This document shows positions 49,975-62,039 of a stretch of DNA of 64,000 nt, piece by piece. Each line of letters starts with the position of its first letter. The stretch's first letter is position 1. A program made the translations under genes and the position numbers. The stretch lies in the NCBI GenBank assembly GCA_963799485.1, contig CAWCXJ010000013.1:352001-416000 (forward strand), read 5' to 3'. The notes beneath the pieces are model-generated. The model had not been told where the DNA came from, did not search any database, and saw only the letters and a list, made by a program, of their open reading frames with translations. Source of the DNA: an uncultured Trueperaceae bacterium (lineage in GTDB: Bacteria > Deinococcota > Deinococci > Deinococcales > Trueperaceae).

Positions 49975-50765
49975 GTACGGCGGCAGCTGCCACCGGTCGG
50001 CACGTCACGGGCAGAACGGCGAGAAATCGGGCGCTTTTACAACTTGCGCTGGCCTTCAGCGTTTTTGCGCTGCTCTTTTTGCTCTTCGCCCAGCAAGCGT
50101 GGTGGGGCGCGGCGCTGCAGTTTATCTTTCCGGAAAACCGCGCCGTCTTGTTCGGGCGGGCGACGCTGCTGGAGCTTTCCTTGCAACACCTGAGGCTCGT
50201 CGGGATTTCGCTCGGTATCGTGCTGCTCATCAGCTTGCCGCTGAGCGTGTGGCTGACGCGGCCTCAGGGTCGGGCGTTTTTGCCGCTGGTGTCGTCACTG
50301 CTCTCGGTCGGGCAGACGTTTCCGCCGATTGCAATTCTGGCGCTCGCGTTGCCGTCGTTCGGTTTCGGCCTCCGCCCGACGCTGATTGCGCTCGTGACCT
50401 ACGGGTTGTTGCCGGTGACGAGAAACGCGGTCGCAGGCCTCGAGGCCGTTCCTGCGACCCTCAAAGAAGCTGCGACGGGGATGGGGATGGGGCCGTGGGA
50501 GCGGGTCTTTAAGCTCGAGCTGCCCTTAGCAACCCGGGTGATTTTAGCGGGCGTTCGTACCAGTACGGTCTATACGATTGGGACGGCGACGGTCGCGCCG
50601 ATTATCGGGGCGGGCGGCCTCGGGGTGCCGATTATCGCCGGTCTGACGACGGGTAATCTGGCGTATGTGCTCGAGGGAGCCGTGCCGGTTGCGCTCCTGG
50701 CGCTCACGGCGGATTTCGCGCTGGGGAGGCTCGAGGTCGCGCTGACACCGGCGGGGTTGCGCTAG
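49971..50765 (+). CDS. Osmoprotectant ABC permease (YehW-like)
   Basis: GQTFPP, EAATGMGM and IGAGGLG. Confidence 0.9.
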   Translation: MSTAAAATGRHVTGRTARNRALLQLALAFSVFALLFLLFAQQAWWGAALQFIFPENRAVLFGRATLLELSLQHLRLVGISLGIVLLISLPLSVWLTRPQGRAFLPLVSSLLSVGQTFPPIAILALALPSFGFGLRPTLIALVTYGLLPVTRNAVAGLEAVPATLKEAATGMGMGPWERVFKLELPLATRVILAGVRTSTVYTIGTATVAPIIGAGGLGVPIIAGLTTGNLAYVLEGAVPVALLALTADFALGRLEVALTPAGLR

Positions 50766-50844
50766 GTTTTGTGGCCGGTAGGTGTTTCGGAGCAGGTTCA
50801 TCTCTTTTTTTCTCCAAAATTGGGTGTTGATTCGAGCTGGGCAT

Positions 50845-50926
50845 TTTGAGGATGCGTTGCCGCAGGTCTGGTGAACAGCTGCCCATACCTCAGCTTGTGC
50901 TGTGGTCGTGAAAACTGGAAGTGCTA
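50845..50926 (-). mobile_element. Short IS630-like left-end stub
   Basis: TAGCACTTCC end followed by MGSCSPDLRQRIL, resembling the IS630 N-terminus MxAYSxDLRxRI. Confidence 0.4.
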
Positions 50927-51112
50927 CTGTTTTTGCCACCTTTGCGACCTGGTGATTTGCTCTGCCCCGAACGCTACAGCAGGATTTCGGCGTGAAGCCG
51001 GCGACCGGCAACGGCTTTTGACGTGCGCGTGCAGCCGTGCGGCGTCTTTTTGTCAGCCACAAGCCGAGCTCGTAGTAGCCCGCCTCTCGGCGTCTATGCT
51101 AGCGTTACAGCT

Positions 51113-52030
51113 ATGAAAACCTTAGGACTTGACCTTGGCGGCACGAAGATTTTGGCCGCCGTGGTCGAAAACGGTCAGATTCTCGCGCGGCAGCAGTTGC
51201 CCACCCCGCGCACGGGTTACCCCGCTGTGCTGGGCGCGCTCGCTGAGGTGGCGGGAACACTCTTAAAAACGCATCCTGAAATTACCCGCATCGGTCTAGG
51301 GTCGCCTGGGCCACTCGATATGCGTGCTGGGAAGGTTGTCTTTGCGCCTAATATTCCGGGTATGGAGGACGTCCCTATCGCACGCGACCTGAGCGGGCGT
51401 CTGGGTCTCAGCGTCACGCTGGAAAACGACGCCAACGCCGCCGGTTACGCCGAACACCTTTACGGCGCGGCTAAAAGCTTGCAGAGCAGCATCTACATTA
51501 CGATTTCGACGGGTATCGGTGGCGGGCTTTTCGTCGGCGAACGGGTGGTGCGGGGCGCGTATGGCGTCGCCGGAGAGGTCGGGCACATGACCATTTTACC
51601 GGGCGGGCCACTCTGCGGCTGCGGACATTACGGTTGCCTGGAAGCCGTTGCCGCGGGCCGCGCCCTCGCCCGGGACGGGTCTCACGCCTACGGAATGCTC
51701 CTTACAACGAACGCGGTATTCGAGCGGGCGCGGGCCGGGGAGCGGTTAGCGCTGCGAGTCGTCGACCAGGCGGCGCTGTATACCGGGCTGGCGTTTTCCA
51801 ACCTGCTCAAAATCTTCGACCCCGACGCTTTCGTGCTGGGCGGCGGGATGATGCGGACGGGCAGCTTTTATCTGGACAAGGTTCAGGCCGCTGCCGACAC
51901 CTTTACAGAAGGTTTCCCCAATGCGAAACTACTGCTTGCCGAACTCGGTACCGACGCCGGGGTGATCGGGGCGGCGGCGGTTGCCGCGCACGAACTCTCG
52001 GCGGTCGAAGGGCCGTCGGTGCCTTCGTAG
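51113..52030 (+). CDS. glk: ROK-family glucokinase
   Basis: DLGGTK, ENDANAA, STGIGGG, GEVGH and CGCGHYGCLE. Confidence 0.88.
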   Translation: MKTLGLDLGGTKILAAVVENGQILARQQLPTPRTGYPAVLGALAEVAGTLLKTHPEITRIGLGSPGPLDMRAGKVVFAPNIPGMEDVPIARDLSGRLGLSVTLENDANAAGYAEHLYGAAKSLQSSIYITISTGIGGGLFVGERVVRGAYGVAGEVGHMTILPGGPLCGCGHYGCLEAVAAGRALARDGSHAYGMLLTTNAVFERARAGERLALRVVDQAALYTGLAFSNLLKIFDPDAFVLGGGMMRTGSFYLDKVQAAADTFTEGFPNAKLLLAELGTDAGVIGAAAVAAHELSAVEGPSVPS

Positions 52031-52033
52031 CGG

Positions 52034-52339
52034 GTGGAGGCAGTAACGGGGGCTGAGCTTGTCACGGGCGTTGCGGCGGGGGGCGTACTCTTCGACGTGC
52101 GGCCCTTACCGAAGCGGGTGTTCGGCCTCGAGCCCCACCCGCTCGAGCTGGACGCGCTGCAACGGGGCGAACTGCCCGATTTGCCCCACGACACGCCCGT
52201 TTATCTAGTCTGCGAACGGGGCCAGGTGTCTGAGCTTGCCGGGTTATACCTCGAGGCGGCAGGGTTTACCCGGGTTTACCACCTGGCAGGCGGCACGAAA
52301 GCGTGGTCAAACGGAGCTGGAGCTGTTCGGCGTGGGTAA
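52034..52339 (+). CDS. Single-domain rhodanese-like protein
   Basis: FDVR, VCERGQVS and HLAGGTKAW. Confidence 0.8.
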   Translation: MEAVTGAELVTGVAAGGVLFDVRPLPKRVFGLEPHPLELDALQRGELPDLPHDTPVYLVCERGQVSELAGLYLEAAGFTRVYHLAGGTKAWSNGAGAVRRG

Positions 52340-52360
52340 ACAGGCGTTTTTTCGGCGGTC

Positions 52361-53225
52361 TATAGCAATTACCGGAGTAATTGAGCTAAAGATAAAGTGA
52401 TGAAGGCTTATTGATTTGGATTTACGCGAACGTATCGTTGAGGCAAAAGCTGGCGGTCTGTCTATCAGACAGACCGCCAAACGCTTTAAGGTAAGTTGTG
52501 CAAGTGTCAAACGTTTTGTCAGGCTGGAGCGGGAAGCAGGAAGCTTAAAAGCAAAGCGGCGACCTGGTAAACAACCGCTCCTGAACGATGAAGCACTGAG
52601 TGTTTTAGAGAAGCAGGTCCGGGAACGAAACGATCTAAGCTTGGCTGAGCATTGCCGGGAACTTGAACAGCGCAGCGGTTTACGAGTAAGCGTCACAACG
52701 CTGCAGCGCAGCTTGGGGCGGCTAAGCATCACGAGAAAAAAAGACGAAACACCCGCGTGAGCGCGATGGACAAGCAAGGCGAACTAGGCTCACGAGGGCC
52801 GGCCGAAGGTTGCCCGTTCTAGATGGCTGGTCAGAGGTGATTCAGTCCATACCCAGACCTTTGGCACTTACCGCGAGCATATCCTGTACCCTACGCTGTT
52901 TTCAGGGCAGATCGTAATCCTCGGTCCGAGCGTAGCGAGAACACAACGTAACAACTACAGCATCCATACCGACAGCAGGATTCGTGAACTCATCGAAGCA
53001 AAAGGCTGCACACTGCTCTTTTTGCCAACTTAACCCACCTGACCTGACGCCTATCGAAAACGCCTTTTCTAAGATCAAGGCGCTGCTTAGGCGAGCGAAA
53101 GCTACAACTCGAGAGGTGCTATCCCAGGCTGTTAGAGCTGTCTGTGATGCTATTTCTCTTCAAGACATTCTCAGTTGGTTCGGTAACTGTGGCTACTTGG
53201 GTCATTATCTGTGAAAACTGCTATA
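52361..53225 (+). mobile_element. IS630-family element, internally deleted pseudogene
   Basis: Ends TATAGCA(A/G)TT with TA duplication; MKAY* then DLRERIV HTH; A7 run before a deletion; C-terminal PDLTPIENAFSKIK. Confidence 0.88.
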
Positions 53226-53508
53226 GCAGCTCGCACCAGCTCTGGTGAGCTTTCAGTAGCCGCAGTAACTGGCTACGTTCCGGCAAACCTGCAAAAAGGC
53301 CGTCATAATCTCGTTTGAGCCAACGGTAAAAAGTTCTAAAATGAGTCCCTTTAAGCGCAAACAAGATACCGATAGTCACCAGTTCACCCGGGTACAGCTT
53401 GGCTTGCGGGTGCTTGGACAAAGGTGGTAGTTGCTCATCAACTTGATAGAAGATATGGATGATAATGTCCTCGGTAGCCATGAACAGCCTCCATATGAGC
53501 TTGAACAC
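53221..53508 (-). mobile_element. IS982-like transposase N-terminal fragment, cut at the IS630 end
   Basis: IFYQVD...HPQAKLYPGELVTIGILFALKG...FYRWL...LPERS. Confidence 0.65.
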
Positions 53509-54000
53509 CTAATCTTGCCCCGTTTTCCCGGAAAGGTAGTTAAGCAGCTTGCATGAAGTGTACCCTTTCAAAATCGTGGGGGGATGAAAAGCCCAGAGCG
53601 GAGTGCCTGCGCTTGGCGTTGTAAAAGCCCTCGAGGTAGCTGAAGATGCCGGTTCTAGCCTGCTGACGGGTTTCATAATTTGCGGCAACCTCATCAGTGT
53701 TAAGCGTAGCGAGAACGACTCGACAACTGCATTCTCATAACAACTGCCCTTATCCGACATGCTTTGCTGGAAGCCGTTCACGTTTAATTCGGCTCTAAAG
53801 GCGCGGCTGGCGTACTGAGTGCCCTGATCCGAATGGTGTGAAAGTGCAGTGGTAGCAGTCCGCTGCCGGGTTGCCAGCGACAGCGCTGAAAGCGTTAGGT
53901 CATCTGTCAACCTCTCTGAGAACGCCCAGCCTACAACCCTGCGGCTAAATAGGTCGAGCGTCACGGCGAGGTAAAGCCAGCCCTCAGCTGTCGAGATATA
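53509..54000 (-). mobile_element. IS3-family remnant (integrase core and right IR)
   Basis: EGWLYLAVTLDLFSRRVVGW, HSDQGTQY and NAVVES; frameshifted FYNAKRRHSALG; IRR-like TCCGGGAAAACGGGGCAAGAT. Confidence 0.88.
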
Positions 54001-54062
54001 GAGGGTGTTTGAAAAATAACCCCCACTCGTGTTTGAGTGGGGGTTGATGATCAAACACCCTC
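54001..54062. mobile_element. 62-bp MITE with IS5-like terminal repeats
   Basis: Perfect TIR GAGGGTGTTTGA...TCAAACACCCTC, TA on both flanks, internal hairpin AACCCCCACTC-GTGTTT-GAGTGGGGGTT. Confidence 0.75.
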
Positions 54063-54289
54063 TAAGTGGATTGCACGCCGCCATCTGCGCCACCTTGCAA
54101 CCTCCGCTACCAATGATCCCCCACACGCACGCGTCAAACCCTAGCCCGAGACGGCGATCTTGCAGAAGTGTTTTATAAGGGCGCGTAAACTCTGCTAGGG
54201 CTGACGCTGAAACCGCTCTTTTCTGTTCCATCTGAGACTATACAGACTTTTGTCCGGGTTTCAGTTTTTTCGCTTGACTTTTAACACAG
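54063..54289 (-). mobile_element. Left end and N-terminus of another transposase (IS4-like)
   Basis: End CTGTGTTAAAAGTCAAG, TATAGT-5-ATG, then PYKTLLQDRRL...GIIGSG; family assignment tentative. Confidence 0.5.
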
Positions 54290-54300
54290 CATCTCTAGTG

Positions 54301-56346
54301 TTACTGCACCGCGACCGGCGCCGCTTCCGGCGCGAACAGTATCCAGCGCTTAAACGGCGTCAGATCGACCTCGATTCCGGTCGTGCTCACGAACGCAAAG
54401 CCGCCTTTGGGCGTCCAGCTGCCGGGGATTACTTTGCCGCGCAGGTAAAGCGTCGCTTCACCGCCGCTGTAGGGCAGGTAAAGACGCCCCTCGGGGTCGT
54501 CCGGGTAGGGAAACGCAACAACGCGGGCGACGACTACGGCGTCGGCGGTGACGGCTTCTTGCACCGCGTCGGTGGCTTCCGCGCCGCTCCTGACCCAGCG
54601 GTATCGGTCTAAGTCGGGCAGGTAGCGAAAGCCGCTCGAGTAGTCCGCCGAATAGTTTACGGTGACAGCAGCAGCGTTCGGCGCGTCTCCGGGCGGGGTG
54701 TAGAGCGTGCCGTTGACGCTGTTTTGCAGGCGACCTACCGCGTCCCGCAGGGCGGTTCCGGTAGAAAAGGTGCTGTGCGGCGCGGCGCGGTCGGGGGCTT
54801 GGGCGAACAGGTCACCTTGTTGCAAGGCGTCTAAAGTCGGCAGACCTTGCGAAGCGATACGCCCGACCGTACTTGGTGCGCCGCCGACGTGAACGAGGGT
54901 GCCGTTCATGGCTAGGGCGGCCTCGAGAAAATAGTCGCGGGCACTCCGAATGGGCCCGACCTGGGCGGGGTCGCCTTTGGTGTAGACGCTCATAAGCCGC
55001 GTTAGACCACCCTCGACGGGCATTTCAAAGACGCTCGAGGCCTCGACCAATCCTTGCTGCGGATAGGCGGCGTCGGCGTTGTCGAGAAGCACCGCGAGGG
55101 GTTTCTCGAGGGTGACTTCAAAGTTCTGGACGTTGGCGACGCCTGCGGGTGCCGTTCCTGCTCCGTCCGACGCTGCGCCCTGTCCGTCAGCAGCCGCCGC
55201 TGTACCTGTTTGGGCGTTGCGGGGACCGTCACCTGCGTCGGCAGCACCTGCGGCGGCTGCCGGGTCGGTTTCCGGCGTCGCGGCAGGGGCAGTCACGACC
55301 GCTTCCGCGTTCGGGGTAACGACCGAAACCGCGTCACCGACGGTAACACCGGGGGTTACGGCGAGCGGCTGCGCTCGACTCACCGAGACCTGGGCTTGCG
55401 GCTCGGGTACGTTCTCACCGGGCGCGACCTCACCGCGGACCGAGGGTTGCGGTACGGCGCGAGCCTGCGCCACGACCGCGCCCGCTTGCGGCTGCGGCAC
55501 GGGCCTCGAGGCAATTTGGGCCGTCGCCGCAGGTTGCGGCAAAGCCTGCGGCGCGCTGACCGCCGCACTCGCCTGCGGTGCAGGTACGTCTCTAGCAGCA
55601 AACTCGACCGCCACATCGGGCTCGGGAATCGCGTTCTCCGCGGTGACTTCGGCCTGGGCTTGCGGCAAGGTGATCGCTTGCAAGGCCAGTTCAGCGGTGA
55701 CCTCGGGGGTCGGCAGCGGTTCGCTCAGGGACACTTCAGCCTGCGGCGTTACGGCAATGCGGCGCTCAGAAGTCACGGCGATCTCGGGGTTGGGCGTGGG
55801 CAGCTCGAGCGCCGGTTGCAGGGGTTGCGGCGCGACCTCGACAGCTTCGATTTCCGGCAGCGTCGTAGCCGGGGGTTCTACGGGGAGCGGCGGCGTCGGC
55901 GCAACTTCCGGGACGCGCGCGGGCGGCGCTTGTTCGGACGGGGGCACGGCTTCGGCAAGTTCTGCCGGGTTTACGGGATTCACAGGTACGGGTACAGGGT
56001 CGGTAGTAGCGTCGGTAGCAACTTCAGGAACGGCTGCGCTTTGAGTCGCAGCGTCTTGGGCAGCGTTACCGGCAACCTGCGAGGTATCCGCTGGCGGGGC
56101 CGCTTCGCCGGTGGCGGCGGCAGGGGTCGCGGGTGCGCCGTTCTGGGGCGGGGTCAGCTCGAGCACCAGCAGTTGCGGCGTCTCCTGGGGCGGCAAGACG
56201 TAAAGCCACACCGCGCCGAGCAGAACGATCGCGTGAATAAGCAGCGACAAAAGAAGCGCACGCCGCCGCTCCCGGTCTCCCCAAAAACCGGCTGAACCGG
56301 AGCGCTCCGAGAGGCCTGAACGTCCGGCTGGTTGACGACCCGCCAA
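54301..56346 (-). CDS. TonB/TolA-like membrane-anchored Pro/Ala-rich protein with C-terminal DUF3048 (YerB-like) domain
   Basis: Single TM with SLLIH; about 350-aa P/A/V/Q/E linker; KPLAVLLDN...PQQGL...VFEMPVEGGLTRL...VGPIRSARDYF...HVGG. Confidence 0.85.
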   Translation of the reverse strand: MAGRQPAGRSGLSERSGSAGFWGDRERRRALLLSLLIHAIVLLGAVWLYVLPPQETPQLLVLELTPPQNGAPATPAAATGEAAPPADTSQVAGNAAQDAATQSAAVPEVATDATTDPVPVPVNPVNPAELAEAVPPSEQAPPARVPEVAPTPPLPVEPPATTLPEIEAVEVAPQPLQPALELPTPNPEIAVTSERRIAVTPQAEVSLSEPLPTPEVTAELALQAITLPQAQAEVTAENAIPEPDVAVEFAARDVPAPQASAAVSAPQALPQPAATAQIASRPVPQPQAGAVVAQARAVPQPSVRGEVAPGENVPEPQAQVSVSRAQPLAVTPGVTVGDAVSVVTPNAEAVVTAPAATPETDPAAAAGAADAGDGPRNAQTGTAAAADGQGAASDGAGTAPAGVANVQNFEVTLEKPLAVLLDNADAAYPQQGLVEASSVFEMPVEGGLTRLMSVYTKGDPAQVGPIRSARDYFLEAALAMNGTLVHVGGAPSTVGRIASQGLPTLDALQQGDLFAQAPDRAAPHSTFSTGTALRDAVGRLQNSVNGTLYTPPGDAPNAAAVTVNYSADYSSGFRYLPDLDRYRWVRSGAEATDAVQEAVTADAVVVARVVAFPYPDDPEGRLYLPYSGGEATLYLRGKVIPGSWTPKGGFAFVSTTGIEVDLTPFKRWILFAPEAAPVAVQ

Positions 56347-56757
56347 CTAGTTGCCTCCGGTAGCAATCGCCACGCGCTCGGCACCTGCTTGCTTAATCAA
56401 GTCCATCACCCGCACGGGCAGGCCGTATTCGATACTCTGGTCGGCGCGCATCACCACGGTCGTCGCGCCGCTCGTCTCTAAAATAGGTCTGAGCGACGTG
56501 ATGAGCGTCGCTTCGGTGACCTCGGCGCCAGCCAAATAGATACGCCCTTCGCCGGTGATCGTGACGGTCGGCAAGTCCGAGGTTTGCGCCTGGGTTTGCG
56601 CTTGCGGCAGGTCTACGGGCAGGCCCGACTCGAGCGAGATAAAGGTCGTCGAAACCATAAAAAAAATCACCAGCGTAAAGACCACATCGACCATCGGCGT
56701 GAGGTCTAGCAGCGGCCCCGTTTGGGCAACGGCGCGGTTACGGCGGGCGCGGCTCAT
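56347..56757 (-). CDS. exbD: ExbD/TolR-family protein
   Basis: DLTPMVDVVFTLVIFFMV (conserved TM Asp), VDLP, RAD and VMDLIKQAG. Confidence 0.92.
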   Translation of the reverse strand: MSRARRNRAVAQTGPLLDLTPMVDVVFTLVIFFMVSTTFISLESGLPVDLPQAQTQAQTSDLPTVTITGEGRIYLAGAEVTEATLITSLRPILETSGATTVVMRADQSIEYGLPVRVMDLIKQAGAERVAIATGGN

Positions 56758-56794
56758 ACTGTACTCAACCCTGACTCGTTCGTATCTAACTTGT

Positions 56795-57478
56795 TCATAC
56801 GGTGGGCTCGAAGGTATCGGCTTGCGTGGCTTCAGTCCGGCCCGTGCTGCTCCGCGCGGTCTCACGGCCTTTTAACGACACCGCCTGCGCCACGTTCCCC
56901 ATCAGCTCTTCACGGCGACGCTCGAGTTCGACCAAAATCCCCTCGACCCGGCTCGCCAGGTAGCTATGCCCTAAAACGGTCGGGATGGCGACGAAAAGTC
57001 CCGCCGCCGTCGTAATCAGCGCCTGACCGATACCGCCTGCGAGCGCTGCCGGGTCGCCCGTTCCCTGCGACGACACCACTGCAAACGCCTGAATCATCCC
57101 GGTCACGGTTCCCAACAGGCCCAAGAGCGTCGCCACCTGTGCGATAGTCGCCAGCGGACGCAAGCCGCGCGTAAGGTGCTGTTCTTCGCTCAAATACGCT
57201 TCTTGAAAGGCCGCCTCGACTGCCGGACGCCCGTAAGGAATCCGGGCGAGCGCCGCTTTGAGCACGCGCGCGACCGGGCCGCCGTGGTGATCGCAAGCGA
57301 TCATCGCCATCTCGAGGTTTCGGCCCAGCACCGCCGCGTTCACCCGCGCCATCAACCGGTCGGCGTCGGGGCGCTCACGCGAGAGCTTAAAAAGCCGGGT
57401 CAGAAATAAATAAAGGGCGTAAAGTGAGAGCAGTAAAATAACGAGCAGCACCGGGCCGCCACTCAAAAGCAAATCCAT
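56795..57478 (-). CDS. exbB: MotA/TolQ/ExbB proton-channel protein
   Basis: LLGLLGTVTGMI and LAGGIGQALITTAAGLFVAIP. Confidence 0.92.
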   Translation of the reverse strand: MDLLLSGGPVLLVILLLSLYALYLFLTRLFKLSRERPDADRLMARVNAAVLGRNLEMAMIACDHHGGPVARVLKAALARIPYGRPAVEAAFQEAYLSEEQHLTRGLRPLATIAQVATLLGLLGTVTGMIQAFAVVSSQGTGDPAALAGGIGQALITTAAGLFVAIPTVLGHSYLASRVEGILVELERRREELMGNVAQAVSLKGRETARSSTGRTEATQADTFEPTV

Positions 57479-57610
57479 AGTTCACCATCCTAAAAGCCGC
57501 TCGCCTTAAACGCGTGAGAGGGTGCGCGCACAGTTAACCCCCACCCTGAAGGTTCAGTTTACGCTTTTGTACGCGCCGCTACAGCAAATCTGACCTACAA
57601 GCCACGCGGG

Positions 57611-60358
<2,748 letters not shown>

Positions 60359-60505
60359 GGTGAACCATCATGTGCACGTAACAACCGGAGAAACCCGTGC
60401 GTTTTGGAGATTGGATAACATAAGACGATTGTAAAGCTTTTGGGCAGTGAGACGACGAGGCGTCTGTATTTTTCGGAAACTCTGAAAACAACGTCAGGTC
60501 GTCCT

Positions 60506-61279
60506 CTATTCCCCTTCGGGCGCACGCCACTGAATCCGCTCGATAGCCACGGCGCGGCCTCCGGAAAGTGTCAAGTTTACGGCGCACACCGTACCGGGCG
60601 CGTCGGCAGGTTTATAACGTTTAGGGAGTCCGGTGGTAAAGCGGTAGAGCACTTCGTCGAAACGCATCCCGATAGCCGAGTCCTGCACACCAGTCATTCC
60701 GACGTCCGTAAGGTAGGCCGTGCCGCGCTTTATCAGCTCGTCGGCGGTCTGCACGTGCGTGTGCGTGCCGATGACGGCGGCGACCCGGCCCGCCAAAAAC
60801 TCGCCCAGCGCCTTTTTCTCCGAGGTCGCTTCGGCGTGAAAATCGACAATTACGGTGGTGTTCGGCGGCGCGGTCTCCAAAAATTCGTCCAGCGCCCGAA
60901 ACGGGTCGTCTAGAGCGGGTAGGAAAATCCGGCCCATCGCCTGTACGACCGTGACGCGCTCGCCGGTGCGGGCGCTCAGGGTAGTGTATCCGAGCCCCGG
61001 CGCACCCGGCGGGTAGTTGAGCGGGCGGATGAGGCGCGGGGTTTCCTCCAACAGCTCAAACGCCTCGCGCCCGTCCCAGGTGTGGTTGCCGAGCGTCACT
61101 ACGTCCGCCCCGGCGTCTAGGAGGCCGTTGAAGTGTTTTCGGGTAATTCCGAAACCGCCCGCGATGTTTTCGCCGTTGACGATGATAAAATCAAAATCGT
61201 CCCGAACTTCCGCCAGGTAACGCTGCGTGACGGTGTAGCCGGGGGTGCTGAAGACGTCGCCGATAAAAAGAACGTGCAC
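60506..61279 (-). CDS. ymdB: YmdB/TIGR00282-type metallophosphoesterase
   Basis: FIGDV, NGEN, GNH, DFHAEATSEK, GTHTHVQTAD and DVGMTG. Confidence 0.92.
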   Translation of the reverse strand: MHVLFIGDVFSTPGYTVTQRYLAEVRDDFDFIIVNGENIAGGFGITRKHFNGLLDAGADVVTLGNHTWDGREAFELLEETPRLIRPLNYPPGAPGLGYTTLSARTGERVTVVQAMGRIFLPALDDPFRALDEFLETAPPNTTVIVDFHAEATSEKKALGEFLAGRVAAVIGTHTHVQTADELIKRGTAYLTDVGMTGVQDSAIGMRFDEVLYRFTTGLPKRYKPADAPGTVCAVNLTLSGGRAVAIERIQWRAPEGE

Positions 61280-61314
61280 AAACTCAAGCTACCACGCGGG
61301 TTTCGCTATGCCGC

Positions 61315-61677
61315 TTAACCGTTCGCCTTGGCAACCGCGTAAAGCTCACGCCACAGGGTTTCATTCCAGCCGATTTCAACCGTGTTACTGCTCCTTAAAA
61401 GCGGTTGTTTGAGCAGGGCCGGAGTTTCCAGCAGGCGCTCTAAAAGCTCATCATCGGACAAGCGGAGGTACCCCAAACCCGAATCTTCGTAAGCCTTTGA
61501 ATCCTTCTCAATCAAGCCGTCTACGCCGACACGCTGCACAAAGCGTTTAAGCTCGCCGGGCGCAGTTTTGCCCGTATTCAGGTCGATAAACTGCGGTTTA
61601 AGCCCGCGCTCCTTAAAAAACCGCAACGCTTTTTTGGTGTCCCTGGACTTTTGCGTACCGAAAACGATCACGTTCAT
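61315..61677 (-). CDS. ArsC/Spx-like thioredoxin-fold protein
   Basis: FGTQKSRDTKKALRFFKERG...GELKRF...PALLKQPL; no Cys in the sequence. Confidence 0.8.
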   Translation of the reverse strand: MNVIVFGTQKSRDTKKALRFFKERGLKPQFIDLNTGKTAPGELKRFVQRVGVDGLIEKDSKAYEDSGLGYLRLSDDELLERLLETPALLKQPLLRSSNTVEIGWNETLWRELYAVAKANG

Positions 61678-62002
61678 CTGCCTATAGTAGACGCTGAAGC
61701 GGCGGATGATTGAAGCCGGTAAATCTGTTGGAAGTCACCGGTGAAGACGCTCAACTTACCAAAGGTAAAGCGGGCGGGGTTCAAAGGCCAAGTGAACTTC
61801 GGCCCTCTTTACCCAGGTAGCAGTGGTGATGACAAAAGGTGGTAACAAAAGAGGCGCGTTTGGAGCAGCGCTCACAGACCTACCTGTAACCTTTCCACCG
61901 GTAGCACTCAAAGAGTAGCATTCAGAGCAGGCTCACGAAATCTGCTAAGGAAGCGGCTCGAGCAGGCTCGCAAAACCTTCCGCTAACCGTATTCCAAAGC
62001 CG

Positions 62003-62039
62003 GCCTGAGAAGAGCTTCTGTCTTTCTCAGGCACTTTTT
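62003..62039 (+). terminator. Intrinsic terminator-like hairpin with no ORF upstream on the same strand
   Basis: GCCTGAGAA-loop-TTCTCAGGC followed by ACTTTTT. Confidence 0.55.

Noticed and set aside
53509..54231. 240-aa ORF as a functional transposase
   Set aside because: Chimera of three elements; the first catalytic Asp is missing and the C-terminus is frameshifted.
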